Below, piece after piece: positions 48,567 to 57,970 of a stretch of DNA of 64,000 nucleotides. The stretch spans positions 11,892 to 75,891 of IMG/VR virus record IMGVR_UViG_3300032307_000117. One strand, written 5' to 3'. The notes below the pieces were generated by a model. That model was given only the letters and a program-made list of their open reading frames with translations. It made no database searches and was not told the DNA's origin. Source of the DNA: a virus. Position 1 is the stretch's first letter. Every line of letters starts with the position of its first letter. A program made the position numbers and the translations under genes.

Positions 48567-49805
48567 TTATACTATAGCAGAAATTTCAGCTTTTTTCTCA
48601 AACAGGACTCTGGTCTCTGCAGTTGCTGCTCCACCAAAGGTGGTTGTATTCCACAAAACTGCCTGATGTACACCAGTGTTTGGCTGGAATCCCATACCGC
48701 CCATGAGATAACGGTTGTTTCCAAAAATAATTCCATAGGCGTGATAGTCTGCACCACTAAATGTTGACGGATTTGTTCTAAGGGTCCATGTAAGTCCATC
48801 TACCGATGTTTGTACAGAATATCTTGCAGCAGCAATAAATATTCCACCCTGGAAAATTATTTCAAATATTGGCTGTTGGTTGCCAAATGGCGTAACTGCC
48901 CAAACCACACCATCTGTAGAAGTTCTAAGCTGTCCATTTCCAGCAACCACAAATCTGCCATTACCAAATGCTGCAGCCTCTAGCCAGTTACCAACAGCAT
49001 TAGCATTCCTTGTTGTCCAGGTAACGGTATCTGTAGAAGTTATAAGCTGGCCTTCTGCACCGCAGATAACATAAACGCCATTTCCGAACGCTGCGGATCT
49101 CATGCTTCTGCTTTGAAACGCTGATTGTGCAGAAGAGTTTACTTCGGACCAATTTACTCCATTTGTAGAAGTTCTTAGTGTCCCGCTGTCTCCACCTGCC
49201 AAGAAAATGTTATTTAAAAATCTTGCAAAGAAATAAGATGTTCCAGAAAAGGGTCTATCCCAATGCCAGGCATTTGTAGATGTCCACAACTCTCCTCCAG
49301 CAGATCCACCAGCAACTGGAATAACATATCTTCCAGCACCGTAGGCTCCTGGGAAAAATGTACTATTTATCGTAGCATTTAATGGGTGGCCCCAGTCACC
49401 AGTTCCAGTTGTTGAAACCCTTAGTTGTGGGGCAAAGTTGTTGCCATCATACCTATAAACCCCCAATAAAAATAGCTCATTTCCAAATACTAAAGGTTTT
49501 GCAACGAAATAGTTGTTAGACTCATATCCATATCCGCCAGTTAGGCCAGACCACGGAACAGCTCCAGATGCGCCCAATGGAGCAATCGTCATAGATGTTT
49601 GTGGGGTAGTTATGAAGTATGTGCCAGTAGTATTATTAACAAGAGTGTTTGTTCCTAAAGCAATGTTTCCAGATGAAGCTACTGTGACATTGTATACCCC
49701 AGGCTTAATGTCAACTGGAACAGATCCAGAACGCTCAGTTATATACGCTCTGCTATAGCTAGATGGATCTCCACCAGCTGATAGCGGGAATTGTGAAATT
49801 GCCAC
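48567..49805 (-). CDS. Beta-propeller receptor-binding protein
   Basis: Repeats of AFGNG.FV...TSTDG..W. Confidence 0.75.
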   Translation of the reverse strand: MAISQFPLSAGGDPSSYSRAYITERSGSVPVDIKPGVYNVTVASSGNIALGTNTLVNNTTGTYFITTPQTSMTIAPLGASGAVPWSGLTGGYGYESNNYFVAKPLVFGNELFLLGVYRYDGNNFAPQLRVSTTGTGDWGHPLNATINSTFFPGAYGAGRYVIPVAGGSAGGELWTSTNAWHWDRPFSGTSYFFARFLNNIFLAGGDSGTLRTSTNGVNWSEVNSSAQSAFQSRSMRSAAFGNGVYVICGAEGQLITSTDTVTWTTRNANAVGNWLEAAAFGNGRFVVAGNGQLRTSTDGVVWAVTPFGNQQPIFEIIFQGGIFIAAARYSVQTSVDGLTWTLRTNPSTFSGADYHAYGIIFGNNRYLMGGMGFQPNTGVHQAVLWNTTTFGGAATAETRVLFEKKAEISAIV

Positions 49806-49846
49806 TACCTGACCTCAATTCTTAGAATAATCATTTTTAAATATAA

Positions 49847-51232
49847 CTACTGAGTTAATGTAGTTATCTCACCCTTCTTTTCAAAGGAAACATACGTGCT
49901 ACCGCCAGAGACTGCCTCACCCATGCTTGTTGTGGTTAGTCCAGTTGCGTATGACCAGTTATTTCCATCTCGTCTACCCTGGCCACTCATAATCCATCTT
50001 CCATTACCAAAGTCAATTTTGCTAACATATCCAGAAGGATAGGTTCCAGTCCACCAAGGTGGATTATTTCTTAATGTCCAAGTAATTCCACTTGGAGATG
50101 TTGCCACAAAGTAATCTCCAGCCATAACAAAAATACCATTAGCAAACTTAAGTGCGTAAATCGCATTTCCAGTTCCTGGATTTCTTAGTTCCCAGTTTAC
50201 TCCGTCAGTAGACGACCTTAGTTGATTTCCTCCAGCAACCAAGAATAATCCATTGCCGTAGGTTGCAGCTGTTAGCCAGTTACCAACGGCATTAGAGTTT
50301 CTTGTGGTCCAAGTTGTTAAGTTAGTTGAAGTAACGAGCTGTCCTTCTTGGCCTGCAACAACATAAGTTCCATTTCCATAAGCCATGCTTCTGATTGATC
50401 TGCCAACAAATCCAATATCAATTGGAGCTGTCCAGTTAGTTCCATTTGTTGCATACCTAAAGTGACCGCCATCACCACCAATAAAGTGATAGCCATTAAA
50501 AAATTCTGCCATGTATGGCTGACCAAGTCCACCAGAAGAGTTACTGTTAATTTGTTCGTCCCAGTGGAAAGCATTTGTTGAAGACCAGACCCTTGGAGTA
50601 CCAACCTGAGTAACCACATATCTTCCATTGCCGTATCCGCCAACAAAGAATTCGTTATCTACGTTTCCAGTTAAAACCTGTGGCCAGCTAGAAACGTTTG
50701 TAGAGACATAAAGTCTAGGAACTTCTCCAACACCAGACCTATGCCTGAAGGCCATTAGGTAAACATCGTTTCCATAGCCGCAGCTACTAAACCAGCCATT
50801 CCAGTTGTCATTGATAAAAATAGCGCCCCAGTTTACGTTTCCAGTAGATCCAATAGGGAGAATGTTCATGCTTGTTTGTGGTGTGTCAAAGAAATACATT
50901 GTGTTAGCATTTTGAGAGATCGTCTGTCCACCGACAATAAAATCTGCAGCTGCTTGAGCTCTTACGTGATATGCTCCAGCTGGCACGTTAATTGTGTAAG
51001 TTCCAAAACCAGTAACCTTATATGTTGGGTTATACTCAGTCTGGTCTCCAATAATTCCCAGGGTATTTGGTTCAGCAACGGCATATTCCAAAGCATTCCA
51101 AGCGGTAACACCATCACCAATCTTAAACTGGTTAGTGTCATTCTCTATACCCACTTCGCCAATAGCTAAAGTTGGGTTTTCAGATGTCCAGTTTGCCGCT
51201 GTATCATTACGAAGCTGGATTTGTACTGACAT
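49847..51232 (-). CDS. Mtd_N-type anchor plus beta-propeller receptor-binding protein
   Basis: IQLRNDTAANW...GEVGIENDT..FKIGDG; propeller paralogous to 48567..49805. Confidence 0.78.
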   Translation of the reverse strand: MSVQIQLRNDTAANWTSENPTLAIGEVGIENDTNQFKIGDGVTAWNALEYAVAEPNTLGIIGDQTEYNPTYKVTGFGTYTINVPAGAYHVRAQAAADFIVGGQTISQNANTMYFFDTPQTSMNILPIGSTGNVNWGAIFINDNWNGWFSSCGYGNDVYLMAFRHRSGVGEVPRLYVSTNVSSWPQVLTGNVDNEFFVGGYGNGRYVVTQVGTPRVWSSTNAFHWDEQINSNSSGGLGQPYMAEFFNGYHFIGGDGGHFRYATNGTNWTAPIDIGFVGRSIRSMAYGNGTYVVAGQEGQLVTSTNLTTWTTRNSNAVGNWLTAATYGNGLFLVAGGNQLRSSTDGVNWELRNPGTGNAIYALKFANGIFVMAGDYFVATSPSGITWTLRNNPPWWTGTYPSGYVSKIDFGNGRWIMSGQGRRDGNNWSYATGLTTTSMGEAVSGGSTYVSFEKKGEITTLTQ

Positions 51233-52203
51233 TAAAAACTCCCTGCGTTTCCACCACTAATAGACATTATACCATTATAAATAGCACTAGCAGAGCCTCC
51301 GTCTATGTTTCCAAAATATCCGATATTGCCCTCTGGTCCTTGTGGACCCGCTGGACCCTGTGGTCCTGCTGGACCCTGTGGTCCTGGAACAGTACTAGCC
51401 GCTCCTGCTGGACCTGTTGGCCCCGCTGGTCCTTGTGGTCCTGCAGGTCCTTGTGGTCCTGGAACAGTACTGGCTGCACCAGTTGCTCCTGTCGGACCTG
51501 CTGGCCCCTGAGGACCTGGCTGATTAGAGGTTACCTCAATCCAATAGTTGTCATAAAAAATGTAAAACCTTGAGCTTGCTGCATCATACCAAAGTTTTCC
51601 TTCTTCGGGATTCTGTGGCATATTTTCAGATACCAGGAATTTTCCATCTGGTCCCTGAGGTCCTTCTACACCCTGAGGACCTGGCTGACTAGGAAATGTC
51701 TCAACCCAGTAGTTATCATAAAACATGTAGAATCTAGAAGTTTCTGCATTGTACCAGGCGTCTCCCTCTTCTGGCGATTCTGGAGCAGTCTCAGAAACTA
51801 GGAACTTTCCTAAAGGACCTTGTGGGCCTTGTGGTCCTTCTGGACCAACCTGAGATGGATTTGAGTCTACCCAGAAACCATCGTAGTACAAGTAAGTTGT
51901 TCCAACGCTTGAGTTATACCAAAGATCTCCAGTTGCAGGATTTAGTGGTGGGGTATCGCTGACCGTTACGCTTACGGTTTCGCCACCGCCTCCGCCTCCT
52001 CCAGTCATTTCTCCTGGTATCCAGCTTGAGGTAGATTCGTTATAGATTAAGACATCGCCATTGCTTAGGCCAGAAAGATTTACGTTTGCAAGGGCATCTA
52101 AAGGAGATGCCTCAGTTAATACCTGATTTCCATTTACGGTAGCAACGGACCCCTGGACCACTAGTCCATGCTTGACTTTGAAATGTTCGTTGCTTGTTGC
52201 CAC
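51232..52203 (-). CDS. Collagen fibre with three VSxxP..GxxWY domains
   Basis: [10 protein letters not shown]-terminus; GPQGPAG repeats. Confidence 0.8.
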   Translation of the reverse strand: MATSNEHFKVKHGLVVQGSVATVNGNQVLTEASPLDALANVNLSGLSNGDVLIYNESTSSWIPGEMTGGGGGGGETVSVTVSDTPPLNPATGDLWYNSSVGTTYLYYDGFWVDSNPSQVGPEGPQGPQGPLGKFLVSETAPESPEEGDAWYNAETSRFYMFYDNYWVETFPSQPGPQGVEGPQGPDGKFLVSENMPQNPEEGKLWYDAASSRFYIFYDNYWIEVTSNQPGPQGPAGPTGATGAASTVPGPQGPAGPQGPAGPTGPAGAASTVPGPQGPAGPQGPAGPQGPEGNIGYFGNIDGGSASAIYNGIMSISGGNAGSF

Positions 52204-52250
52204 GGTGTCTTCCTCGAAGTATAACTATATTATTATAACACGTGATTATT

Positions 52251-52559
52251 TTACAAAATATAGTTATTGAAACCAATAATAGCTATACCAACTGGAGGAA
52301 CGTTATTAGGAAAAGAATATCCAGGAATGGTGATGTTTATAAAACGAACCCTAAATGGCAAAGTTTGCTGAATTTTTACTAGTCTTTTACCCTCAGCAAT
52401 CTTTACTAGTCTTTTACTCTGAGCAATTTTTACTAGTCTTTTAGTCTCAGAAATTTTTACTAGTTTTTTATCCTCAGCAATTTTTACTAGTGGGTAGTCA
52501 GACTGAGTGATGCTTTTAGTTTTTAACTTTGGCTTGTCTGTTAATACAGCCCTGGCCAT
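52251..52559 (-). CDS. Small virion protein with 9-aa repeats
   Basis: Five LVKIxxxKR-type repeats. Confidence 0.7.
   Translation of the reverse strand: MARAVLTDKPKLKTKSITQSDYPLVKIAEDKKLVKISETKRLVKIAQSKRLVKIAEGKRLVKIQQTLPFRVRFINITIPGYSFPNNVPPVGIAIIGFNNYIL
52371..52491. repeat. 27-bp tandem repeat, about 5 copies
   Basis: TTTACTAG recurs at 52375, 52402, 52429, 52456 and 52483. Confidence 0.9.
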
Positions 52560-52969
52560 TAGTCAGTTACATCCTCTAGGACTACTATGCTACCCTGAGC
52601 AACAGTCCAAACTATTTGATCTTGTGCGGTAGAAAGCTGAATATCAAAAATATCTCCAGTCTCCAGTGTTGCAGACTGAGCAGCTGTAAGAGAAACTGTA
52701 AACTCTCCGATTGCATCATCTGGGTCTTGTTCTGGATTTAAAAGCAAAATGTTTGTGGCGCTATCAGTAATCACTCCAGCGTTATCTGAGCTTGTTGGCC
52801 TTTTTATTTGCATCTCAATTAGCCAGTCTGGAATATTTAGCGGTGCGCTTTCGTCGTCAGTTGCATACACTTTAAATGCAGCGGTATCTCCACGAACAAT
52901 AGTCCAAACTACCTTTGGTGGAGCACTACCAATATTGTACGAATTCGAAGATCCTCTTGAAGTTGCCAT
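52559..52969 (-). CDS. Ig-like/BppU-N-like virion protein
   Basis: WTIVRGDT...FDIQL...QGSIVVLEDVT. Confidence 0.65.
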   Translation of the reverse strand: MATSRGSSNSYNIGSAPPKVVWTIVRGDTAAFKVYATDDESAPLNIPDWLIEMQIKRPTSSDNAGVITDSATNILLLNPEQDPDDAIGEFTVSLTAAQSATLETGDIFDIQLSTAQDQIVWTVAQGSIVVLEDVTD

Positions 52970-52976
52970 GTTATAA

Positions 52977-53038
52977 ATTATACCATATTTAAAATAATCT
53001 TAATAGAAGTAAAAGATGTGCTCAAATCATGGTATAAT
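52977..53038. promoter_or_regulatory. Back-to-back extended -10 promoters
   Basis: TGGTATAAT on the minus strand (ATTATACCA near 52977) and on the plus strand (53030-53038). Confidence 0.7.
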
Positions 53039-53084
53039 TAATAGAACACTCCGTCAAAAGAGTGTTTTTCCGTTAAGGACGATA

Positions 53085-53192
53085 ATGATGAAACAGAGTA
53101 ACAACAAAGTGGGAATCGTGACAATACAAGACAAATATTTTTTACTATTAACTAATAAAAATATTGTCGCCAAGACCGTGACAGGGTCGTAA
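53085..53192 (+). CDS. Possible 35-aa leader peptide (uORF)
   Basis: AAGGA SD, then MMKQSNNKVGIVTIQDKYFLLLTNKNIVAKTVTGS. Confidence 0.35.
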   Translation: MMKQSNNKVGIVTIQDKYFLLLTNKNIVAKTVTGS

Positions 53193-53222
53193 CAACAAAA
53201 AGAATAAAAAGGAGGTAGTAAA

Positions 53223-53858
53223 ATGAATAAAAATTTTTCTACTGTTTTTGGACTAACGTCAGTGCTTTTGCTGACTATGTGCTCTAGTGCTGTAATTGCT
53301 AAAGAGCAAAGCTATGCAATAACCCCCTCTCAGCTCACTATCGAAGCCCCAGAAGAAACCGCAAATCTTTTGCATCCAGAAGAAGAGCCAATAACCTTGT
53401 TAGAAAATAAGGTTCTTAACTATGAAAAGGCTCAGGAAAGAAAGCGGCTTAAGAATAAACAGCTGCTACAGAACCTATCTGATCTAACTGTTGCTATAGA
53501 AAATACTGAGCAGTATGTAGGAAAGACTTGGTATGTGTTTTCTGGGTCTACCCCCTCTGGATGGGACTGCTCTGGTTTAGTAATGTGGACCTACAGCCAT
53601 ATGGGATTTGATCTGTATCACAGCGCAACAGCTCAAATGAATTCTGGATATTTAATCAAAGAGCCAAAGTATGGTGACATTGTTGGCTTTAAGTATAATG
53701 GGGCATCCGTATACTACCACGTAGGTATCTATATCTCAGAAGATGTCATGCTACACTCTGGAGGTAAAAGAGGAGATAGAACCGAATTAAGGTCTATCTC
53801 AAATTTTGCTGGGAAGCATTCTAGTATTAGCTACTCAAGACTCGTAGACACAAAGTAA
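53223..53858 (+). CDS. Secreted NlpC/P60 peptidoglycan endopeptidase
   Basis: Signal peptide; GWDCSGLV (Cys), HVGIY (His), MLHS; SD AAGGAGG. Confidence 0.92.
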   Translation: MNKNFSTVFGLTSVLLLTMCSSAVIAKEQSYAITPSQLTIEAPEETANLLHPEEEPITLLENKVLNYEKAQERKRLKNKQLLQNLSDLTVAIENTEQYVGKTWYVFSGSTPSGWDCSGLVMWTYSHMGFDLYHSATAQMNSGYLIKEPKYGDIVGFKYNGASVYYHVGIYISEDVMLHSGGKRGDRTELRSISNFAGKHSSISYSRLVDTK

Positions 53859-53863
53859 ATAAC

Positions 53864-55120
53864 TTAAGGTGATGGATTTATCCAGCTAACACCGTTATAG
53901 ACTTTGATTATTGGGGTTACCCATTCTGAGCCATTGAATACTCTAACTGTTCCATTGATCCATCCATTTACGTTTCCTGGATATGATCCCGCTACATAAA
54001 CTTTAATTGGTTGATCTGATCCACCTACCGTGCCAGTAAATGATTGGCTGACAAAAAGACTATTTGCGGTATTCGTAGCTCTTAAAGTAAACGAGTATGA
54101 TTGCTGCGCTACTGTTGGAGTTCCAGTAACTGTTCCATCTGAGTTAAGAGTTATTCCAGTTGGGAGGCTCCCAGAAGATACAGAATATTGGTTTGCATTG
54201 CTTGCAGCAACAGCATCGCTATATGGTATATTTGCAGAAAATGCGGCAAGAGTATTGTCTGTCCATACTGGAGCAGCAGCAGATGTGCTAGCAGTAGTGG
54301 TTGGACTATAGGCGCTGACCCCACCCATGATATCTGTAGCGCCATTTTTTGCTGCTAACCTAAAATCATATGAGGTTCCAGCAGAAAGCCCAGAAGCAGT
54401 TACAGAAGTTGTTGATCCACTAACATCTGTTAAATCTGACCAAGTTGACGAAGAGCTTGCCTTATACTGAACTCTGTATCCAGTAATAGCAGAGTCGCCG
54501 TTATCTTTAGAACTTGAGTATGATGGTATGCCCAGGGTTATAGAGCTGGTGGTTACGGAAGATAGTGTTAGTGCGTCTGGAGCCTCTGGGGTATAGATAT
54601 AAGTTACAGTCCCCATAATTGCATGATTTGCAAATGTACTAGTATCTGTTGCAGAAAAATCTGAGCTGGCACTACCTGAAAGCTGAAGCCCTATATTGTA
54701 AGAGGTATTTGCCCTTCTAGCAAAAACAATTGGTGCAGTAGCTACTCCAAGTAAACCAAAACGATAGCTTGTTCCTCCATCTAATATTGCGTTTGAAGCG
54801 CCGCTACCAGGAAAAGAAAATGATACTTCAGAGCTTGGGGTGCTTGTGCCAACATTTGGCAAATCTACCAGAACGCTATAAGATAACAGGTTTCCACCAG
54901 ACTTAAAAATCTTAGCTCTTCCATCACCACTTGAATGGCTTAGTCCACCAGATCTGATTCCGATTGAGGTTACAACCATAGTATTTGCATTACCATCGCT
55001 GCCACGATTAGCGGTTGGTATGTTTGGAGTTGTGAGAGAGTGTGCTATTTGAAATGGAACAGAATCAACTCTTCCACGAAGAATACTTCCAGAGCCAGGA
55101 GCCAGGGTAAAGGTTGCCAT
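53864..55120 (-). CDS. Virion protein with FN3 and putative Ig (He_PIG) domains
   Basis: ITGYRVQYK...GLSAGTSYDFRLAAKN; GSLPTGITL..GTVTGTPT. Confidence 0.8.
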   Translation of the reverse strand: MATFTLAPGSGSILRGRVDSVPFQIAHSLTTPNIPTANRGSDGNANTMVVTSIGIRSGGLSHSSGDGRAKIFKSGGNLLSYSVLVDLPNVGTSTPSSEVSFSFPGSGASNAILDGGTSYRFGLLGVATAPIVFARRANTSYNIGLQLSGSASSDFSATDTSTFANHAIMGTVTYIYTPEAPDALTLSSVTTSSITLGIPSYSSSKDNGDSAITGYRVQYKASSSSTWSDLTDVSGSTTSVTASGLSAGTSYDFRLAAKNGATDIMGGVSAYSPTTTASTSAAAPVWTDNTLAAFSANIPYSDAVAASNANQYSVSSGSLPTGITLNSDGTVTGTPTVAQQSYSFTLRATNTANSLFVSQSFTGTVGGSDQPIKVYVAGSYPGNVNGWINGTVRVFNGSEWVTPIIKVYNGVSWINPSP

Positions 55121-55123
55121 TAG

Positions 55124-55741
55124 CTACCACCCAATATAAATGTCGCCAACCTGTGGAGTTACTCCATCAATTGGTGTAGATCCGCTTGGCGGCGTTGTGC
55201 TATTCTTTACGAATATCCTTCTATTGCCAATGTAATTATTTGATGAATCTACATACAAAGATCCTGGCACTTTAATGTTTGCAGTTCCGTTAAACTCTAC
55301 ACTATTGATAGTTCTGGCTGTCGCTAGGGCGGTTGCTGCATTTGCTGTAGTAGCGTTAGTGGCTGTAGTGGCTGTAGTTGCAGTTCCAGCTGTTGTAGCA
55401 AAAGTTGCAGTTGCAGCATTGCCACTTAAAATGTTTACCCAGCCATTAAAGTAATACTGAAGCTCATTGATCTGTGTTCCAGTAGGACTTTGCCTTACGA
55501 AACAGACTGTTCCATTTGTTGGTGTTGGCAGTGCTGCATCTCTAGCTGCTGGGTTCTGAAAATTATTTACTCCAGCCCTAGAAAAAATAGAGCTAACAAA
55601 AGTAGTTGCATTGCTAAATGTATGTGTTCCACTCCAGATATAGTTGGCTGCGGTATTTGCAATTCCAGCTAGTGGATACCAGGTATCAGTTTGCTGATCA
55701 TAGATGTATGAGGTCTTTGGTGCACTGCTTAGTGTTGCCAT
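55124..55741 (-). CDS. Fibre protein with Ala/Thr-rich shaft
   Basis: GNAATAT...ATARTIN; ends GDIYIGW. Confidence 0.7.
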   Translation of the reverse strand: MATLSSAPKTSYIYDQQTDTWYPLAGIANTAANYIWSGTHTFSNATTFVSSIFSRAGVNNFQNPAARDAALPTPTNGTVCFVRQSPTGTQINELQYYFNGWVNILSGNAATATFATTAGTATTATTATNATTANAATALATARTINSVEFNGTANIKVPGSLYVDSSNNYIGNRRIFVKNSTTPPSGSTPIDGVTPQVGDIYIGW

Positions 55742-56181
55742 TATGCACCAATCTCTCGCCAGCCAAGGGCGGTGTCATAGACATACATCTTCAATGGCGA
55801 TGAGTTTTTATCTACCCATAACAAACCATCTACAAGAGGAGTAGTTTCTGATGACACTGGAGCATCATTTTGGTAAAGTGCGGTTGAGGTATTTGCAACT
55901 ATGTTTGCGGAAGATGCCGCATCTGCCCAGATAAACCCATCTGGAACTCCAGTAGGCAATGAGCTTGAAACTTCTGATCCAATTCCAGAAGAAGTAACTG
56001 CGGTAATCTGGGTTTGTAGGCTCTTTAGGTATCCCGCTACAGAATCTTCTGGAAGATCTTGCTCTGTTACGTCAGATGCTGTTGTTCCATAGTGATACAG
56101 TCTGAGGGCTGCCTGAATGTCAGCATCCTCATCGTATTCTGGAATTAATGTGGGGTAAAGGTTTCCAATTGGTTCAGCCAT
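55741..56181 (-). CDS. Virion structural protein
   Basis: ADIQAALRLYHYG; DGLLWVD domain. Confidence 0.65.
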   Translation of the reverse strand: MAEPIGNLYPTLIPEYDEDADIQAALRLYHYGTTASDVTEQDLPEDSVAGYLKSLQTQITAVTSSGIGSEVSSSLPTGVPDGFIWADAASSANIVANTSTALYQNDAPVSSETTPLVDGLLWVDKNSSPLKMYVYDTALGWREIGA

Positions 56182-56200
56182 TTTTTATCACCAATCTAGA

Positions 56201-56779
56201 TTATACCATAGTAATAAATAGATTAACTGTCTTATTTCCAGATAGGGCTGACCAAGTTGATGAAGAATATTCTATGGCGTTTACGGTTATTGGAATATTA
56301 AGTATTCCAGATTGTTCAACCAATGCCCCGACGGTAATGGCAGATGAAACTGGGTTAGAGTTTTCGATTGAATACTGAACATTAAAGTTAGCTGAAGTTA
56401 GTCCGTCAACAATTGGAGTTACATCTGCAACTGGTACGTACAAAACTGTCGATCCAGCGGTAAATGCACCAGTCTTTTTAAAACTAGCATTTTCTGGCTG
56501 TAAATCGAATAGTCTTACCCAAGTATTATTTCCGTCCACACTCTGATACTGGTAAACATTGAGATATTCTTCGTCGACTGTTGTTGGGGCTAGGTTAATG
56601 TATAAATCTAGGATATTTGGAGTTTGTCCGATTACAGTGCTAGGATCGTTTGGCTGCCCCCTGCCAACAAATATCTGACTACCACGTATTCCAGCTGGTC
56701 CAAAGTCAACTTCGACATTAATAGTAGATGGTCCACCAACAAGGCTAAGGCTATCTGGGGAAACTACGACATCTACCAT
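56201..56779 (-). CDS. Virion structural protein
   Basis: DFGPAGIRGSQIF.G.G.P motif. Confidence 0.65.
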   Translation of the reverse strand: MVDVVVSPDSLSLVGGPSTINVEVDFGPAGIRGSQIFVGRGQPNDPSTVIGQTPNILDLYINLAPTTVDEEYLNVYQYQSVDGNNTWVRLFDLQPENASFKKTGAFTAGSTVLYVPVADVTPIVDGLTSANFNVQYSIENSNPVSSAITVGALVEQSGILNIPITVNAIEYSSSTWSALSGNKTVNLFITMV

Positions 56780-56780
56780 A

Positions 56781-57176
56781 TTAGAGTTCTCCAGCTCCAG
56801 TTACCTGGTCAGTTACCGATATTGTTCCAGTAACAAGAGTTAGAATATATGGAGTAGCTTCTACAGATTTACGTATTTCAACGTCGTAGACGTATGATGT
56901 TCCTGCGTTCATAGAGGTTCCCTGTCCAGGAGTTATTGTGCAGAGAATGTATGTATCTGAAAGCTCTGTGACTATTTGAGCGCTGCATTCGATTTGGCTT
57001 GCAATTCCAGCAATACCTCTTTCGGTAGCGACGAAGAATCTAACGTTGTCTTCGCTTTCAGTGTCAGCGAATGAGCTTAGGTCAAACGCCGTGCCATCTG
57101 AATTTTTCGGGTAGATCTTAAATTCGTAGGTGTCACCCTTGTAATAAGAAAAGTTATAAGTTCCTGGAAATGCCAT
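56781..57176 (-). CDS. Ig-like/BppU-N-like virion protein
   Basis: YYKGDT...YVYDVEI...TGTISVTDQVT. Confidence 0.65.
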   Translation of the reverse strand: MAFPGTYNFSYYKGDTYEFKIYPKNSDGTAFDLSSFADTESEDNVRFFVATERGIAGIASQIECSAQIVTELSDTYILCTITPGQGTSMNAGTSYVYDVEIRKSVEATPYILTLVTGTISVTDQVTGAGEL

Positions 57177-57223
57177 TTGTTCCTCCTATGGTATTATACC
57201 ACGATGCGATTAGTTTTATAAGA

Positions 57224-57316
57224 TTAATTAGACTTCTGGGTCTTGTATACTTTTCCAGCAACTTTGATAACTGGAGGGATATTCAGAGGGGCTGCTGATA
57301 CCCGTATTACTGGCAT
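57224..57316 (-). CDS. 30-aa peptide coupled to upstream gene
   Basis: TAATG overlap; MPVIRVSAAPLNIPPVIKVAGKVYKTQKSN. Confidence 0.6.
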   Translation of the reverse strand: MPVIRVSAAPLNIPPVIKVAGKVYKTQKSN

Positions 57317-57696
57317 TATAGTCCTCCGCTGGTAACATCTGCAATAACAGATATTGTTCCTACAACTGGAGTCCAGACGGTATCTCCGATTGTCACTTCT
57401 AGATCAAATGGTAGTTCAGCAACGGTATATCCGTATCCAATACCCCAAAGCTGTGTAATCTCAGGATTAGCTACGATATCTACATATCCTGAAAATACGT
57501 TGACTTCGAGTTCGTCGAGAGCATCTCCCCTTGAATCATAGGTAGATGAGTTAAAAAGCCAGGTAGATGTATTGACGTAGGTAGATTCATCATTCTCAAG
57601 GAATTCAACACGCAGGGTAGCTGTATCGCCTCTAACTACAGACCATTTGACATTGGCTGGATCTGCGCCAATCTTATCTATTACGTGTTGTCCCAT
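57316..57696 (-). CDS. Ig-like/BppU-N-like virion protein
   Basis: WSVVRGDT...FDLEV...GTISVIADVT; leaderless. Confidence 0.65.
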   Translation of the reverse strand: MGQHVIDKIGADPANVKWSVVRGDTATLRVEFLENDESTYVNTSTWLFNSSTYDSRGDALDELEVNVFSGYVDIVANPEITQLWGIGYGYTVAELPFDLEVTIGDTVWTPVVGTISVIADVTSGGL

Positions 57697-57721
57697 AACA
57701 AAATTATAACATAATAAATAA

Positions 57722-57774
57722 TAAAACTGGTACTCAGGGCGGTGGGTATGAGAGACGATCCTGAGTACCAGCTT
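57722..57774 (-). ncRNA. Candidate hairpin small RNA
   Basis: TGTTATAAT just upstream; perfect 12-bp stem CTGGTACTCAGG/CCTGAGTACCAG; 21-nt loop; U-tract. Confidence 0.5.
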
Positions 57775-57970
57775 ATAGAATTATAACATAATTATAACAA
57801 AATCTCAAGAATATCAAGGGGTTAGAAATTGTTACAAAATTGTTATAAAAAATATTCGATCAAAATAAAAAAAGTGTGGTATATTGTTATAATTAGGTTT
57901 TAAGAAATAATATATATAATATATAAAGAATATTAAGATATAGGATATATCTTATATATTATAATAATAA

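Noticed and set aside
38039-51232. Diversity-generating retroelement suggested by Mtd_N-like domains
   Set aside because: Only the anchor domain is present; no reverse transcriptase or TR/VR pair was seen in the window.
52371-52491. CRISPR-like periodic repeat
   Set aside because: In-frame coding tandem repeat without unique spacers; no cas genes.
53040-53222. c-di-AMP (ydaO) riboswitch upstream of NlpC/P60
   Set aside because: Plausible by context, but the conserved GCUGAAUCC / GGGGGA / GGGGUGAAU blocks are absent.
305-56833. Many plus-strand ORFs in the track (e.g. 911..1567, 28897..29382, 30035..30493)
   Set aside because: Antisense shadows of well-supported minus-strand genes, with no SDs or recognisable motifs.
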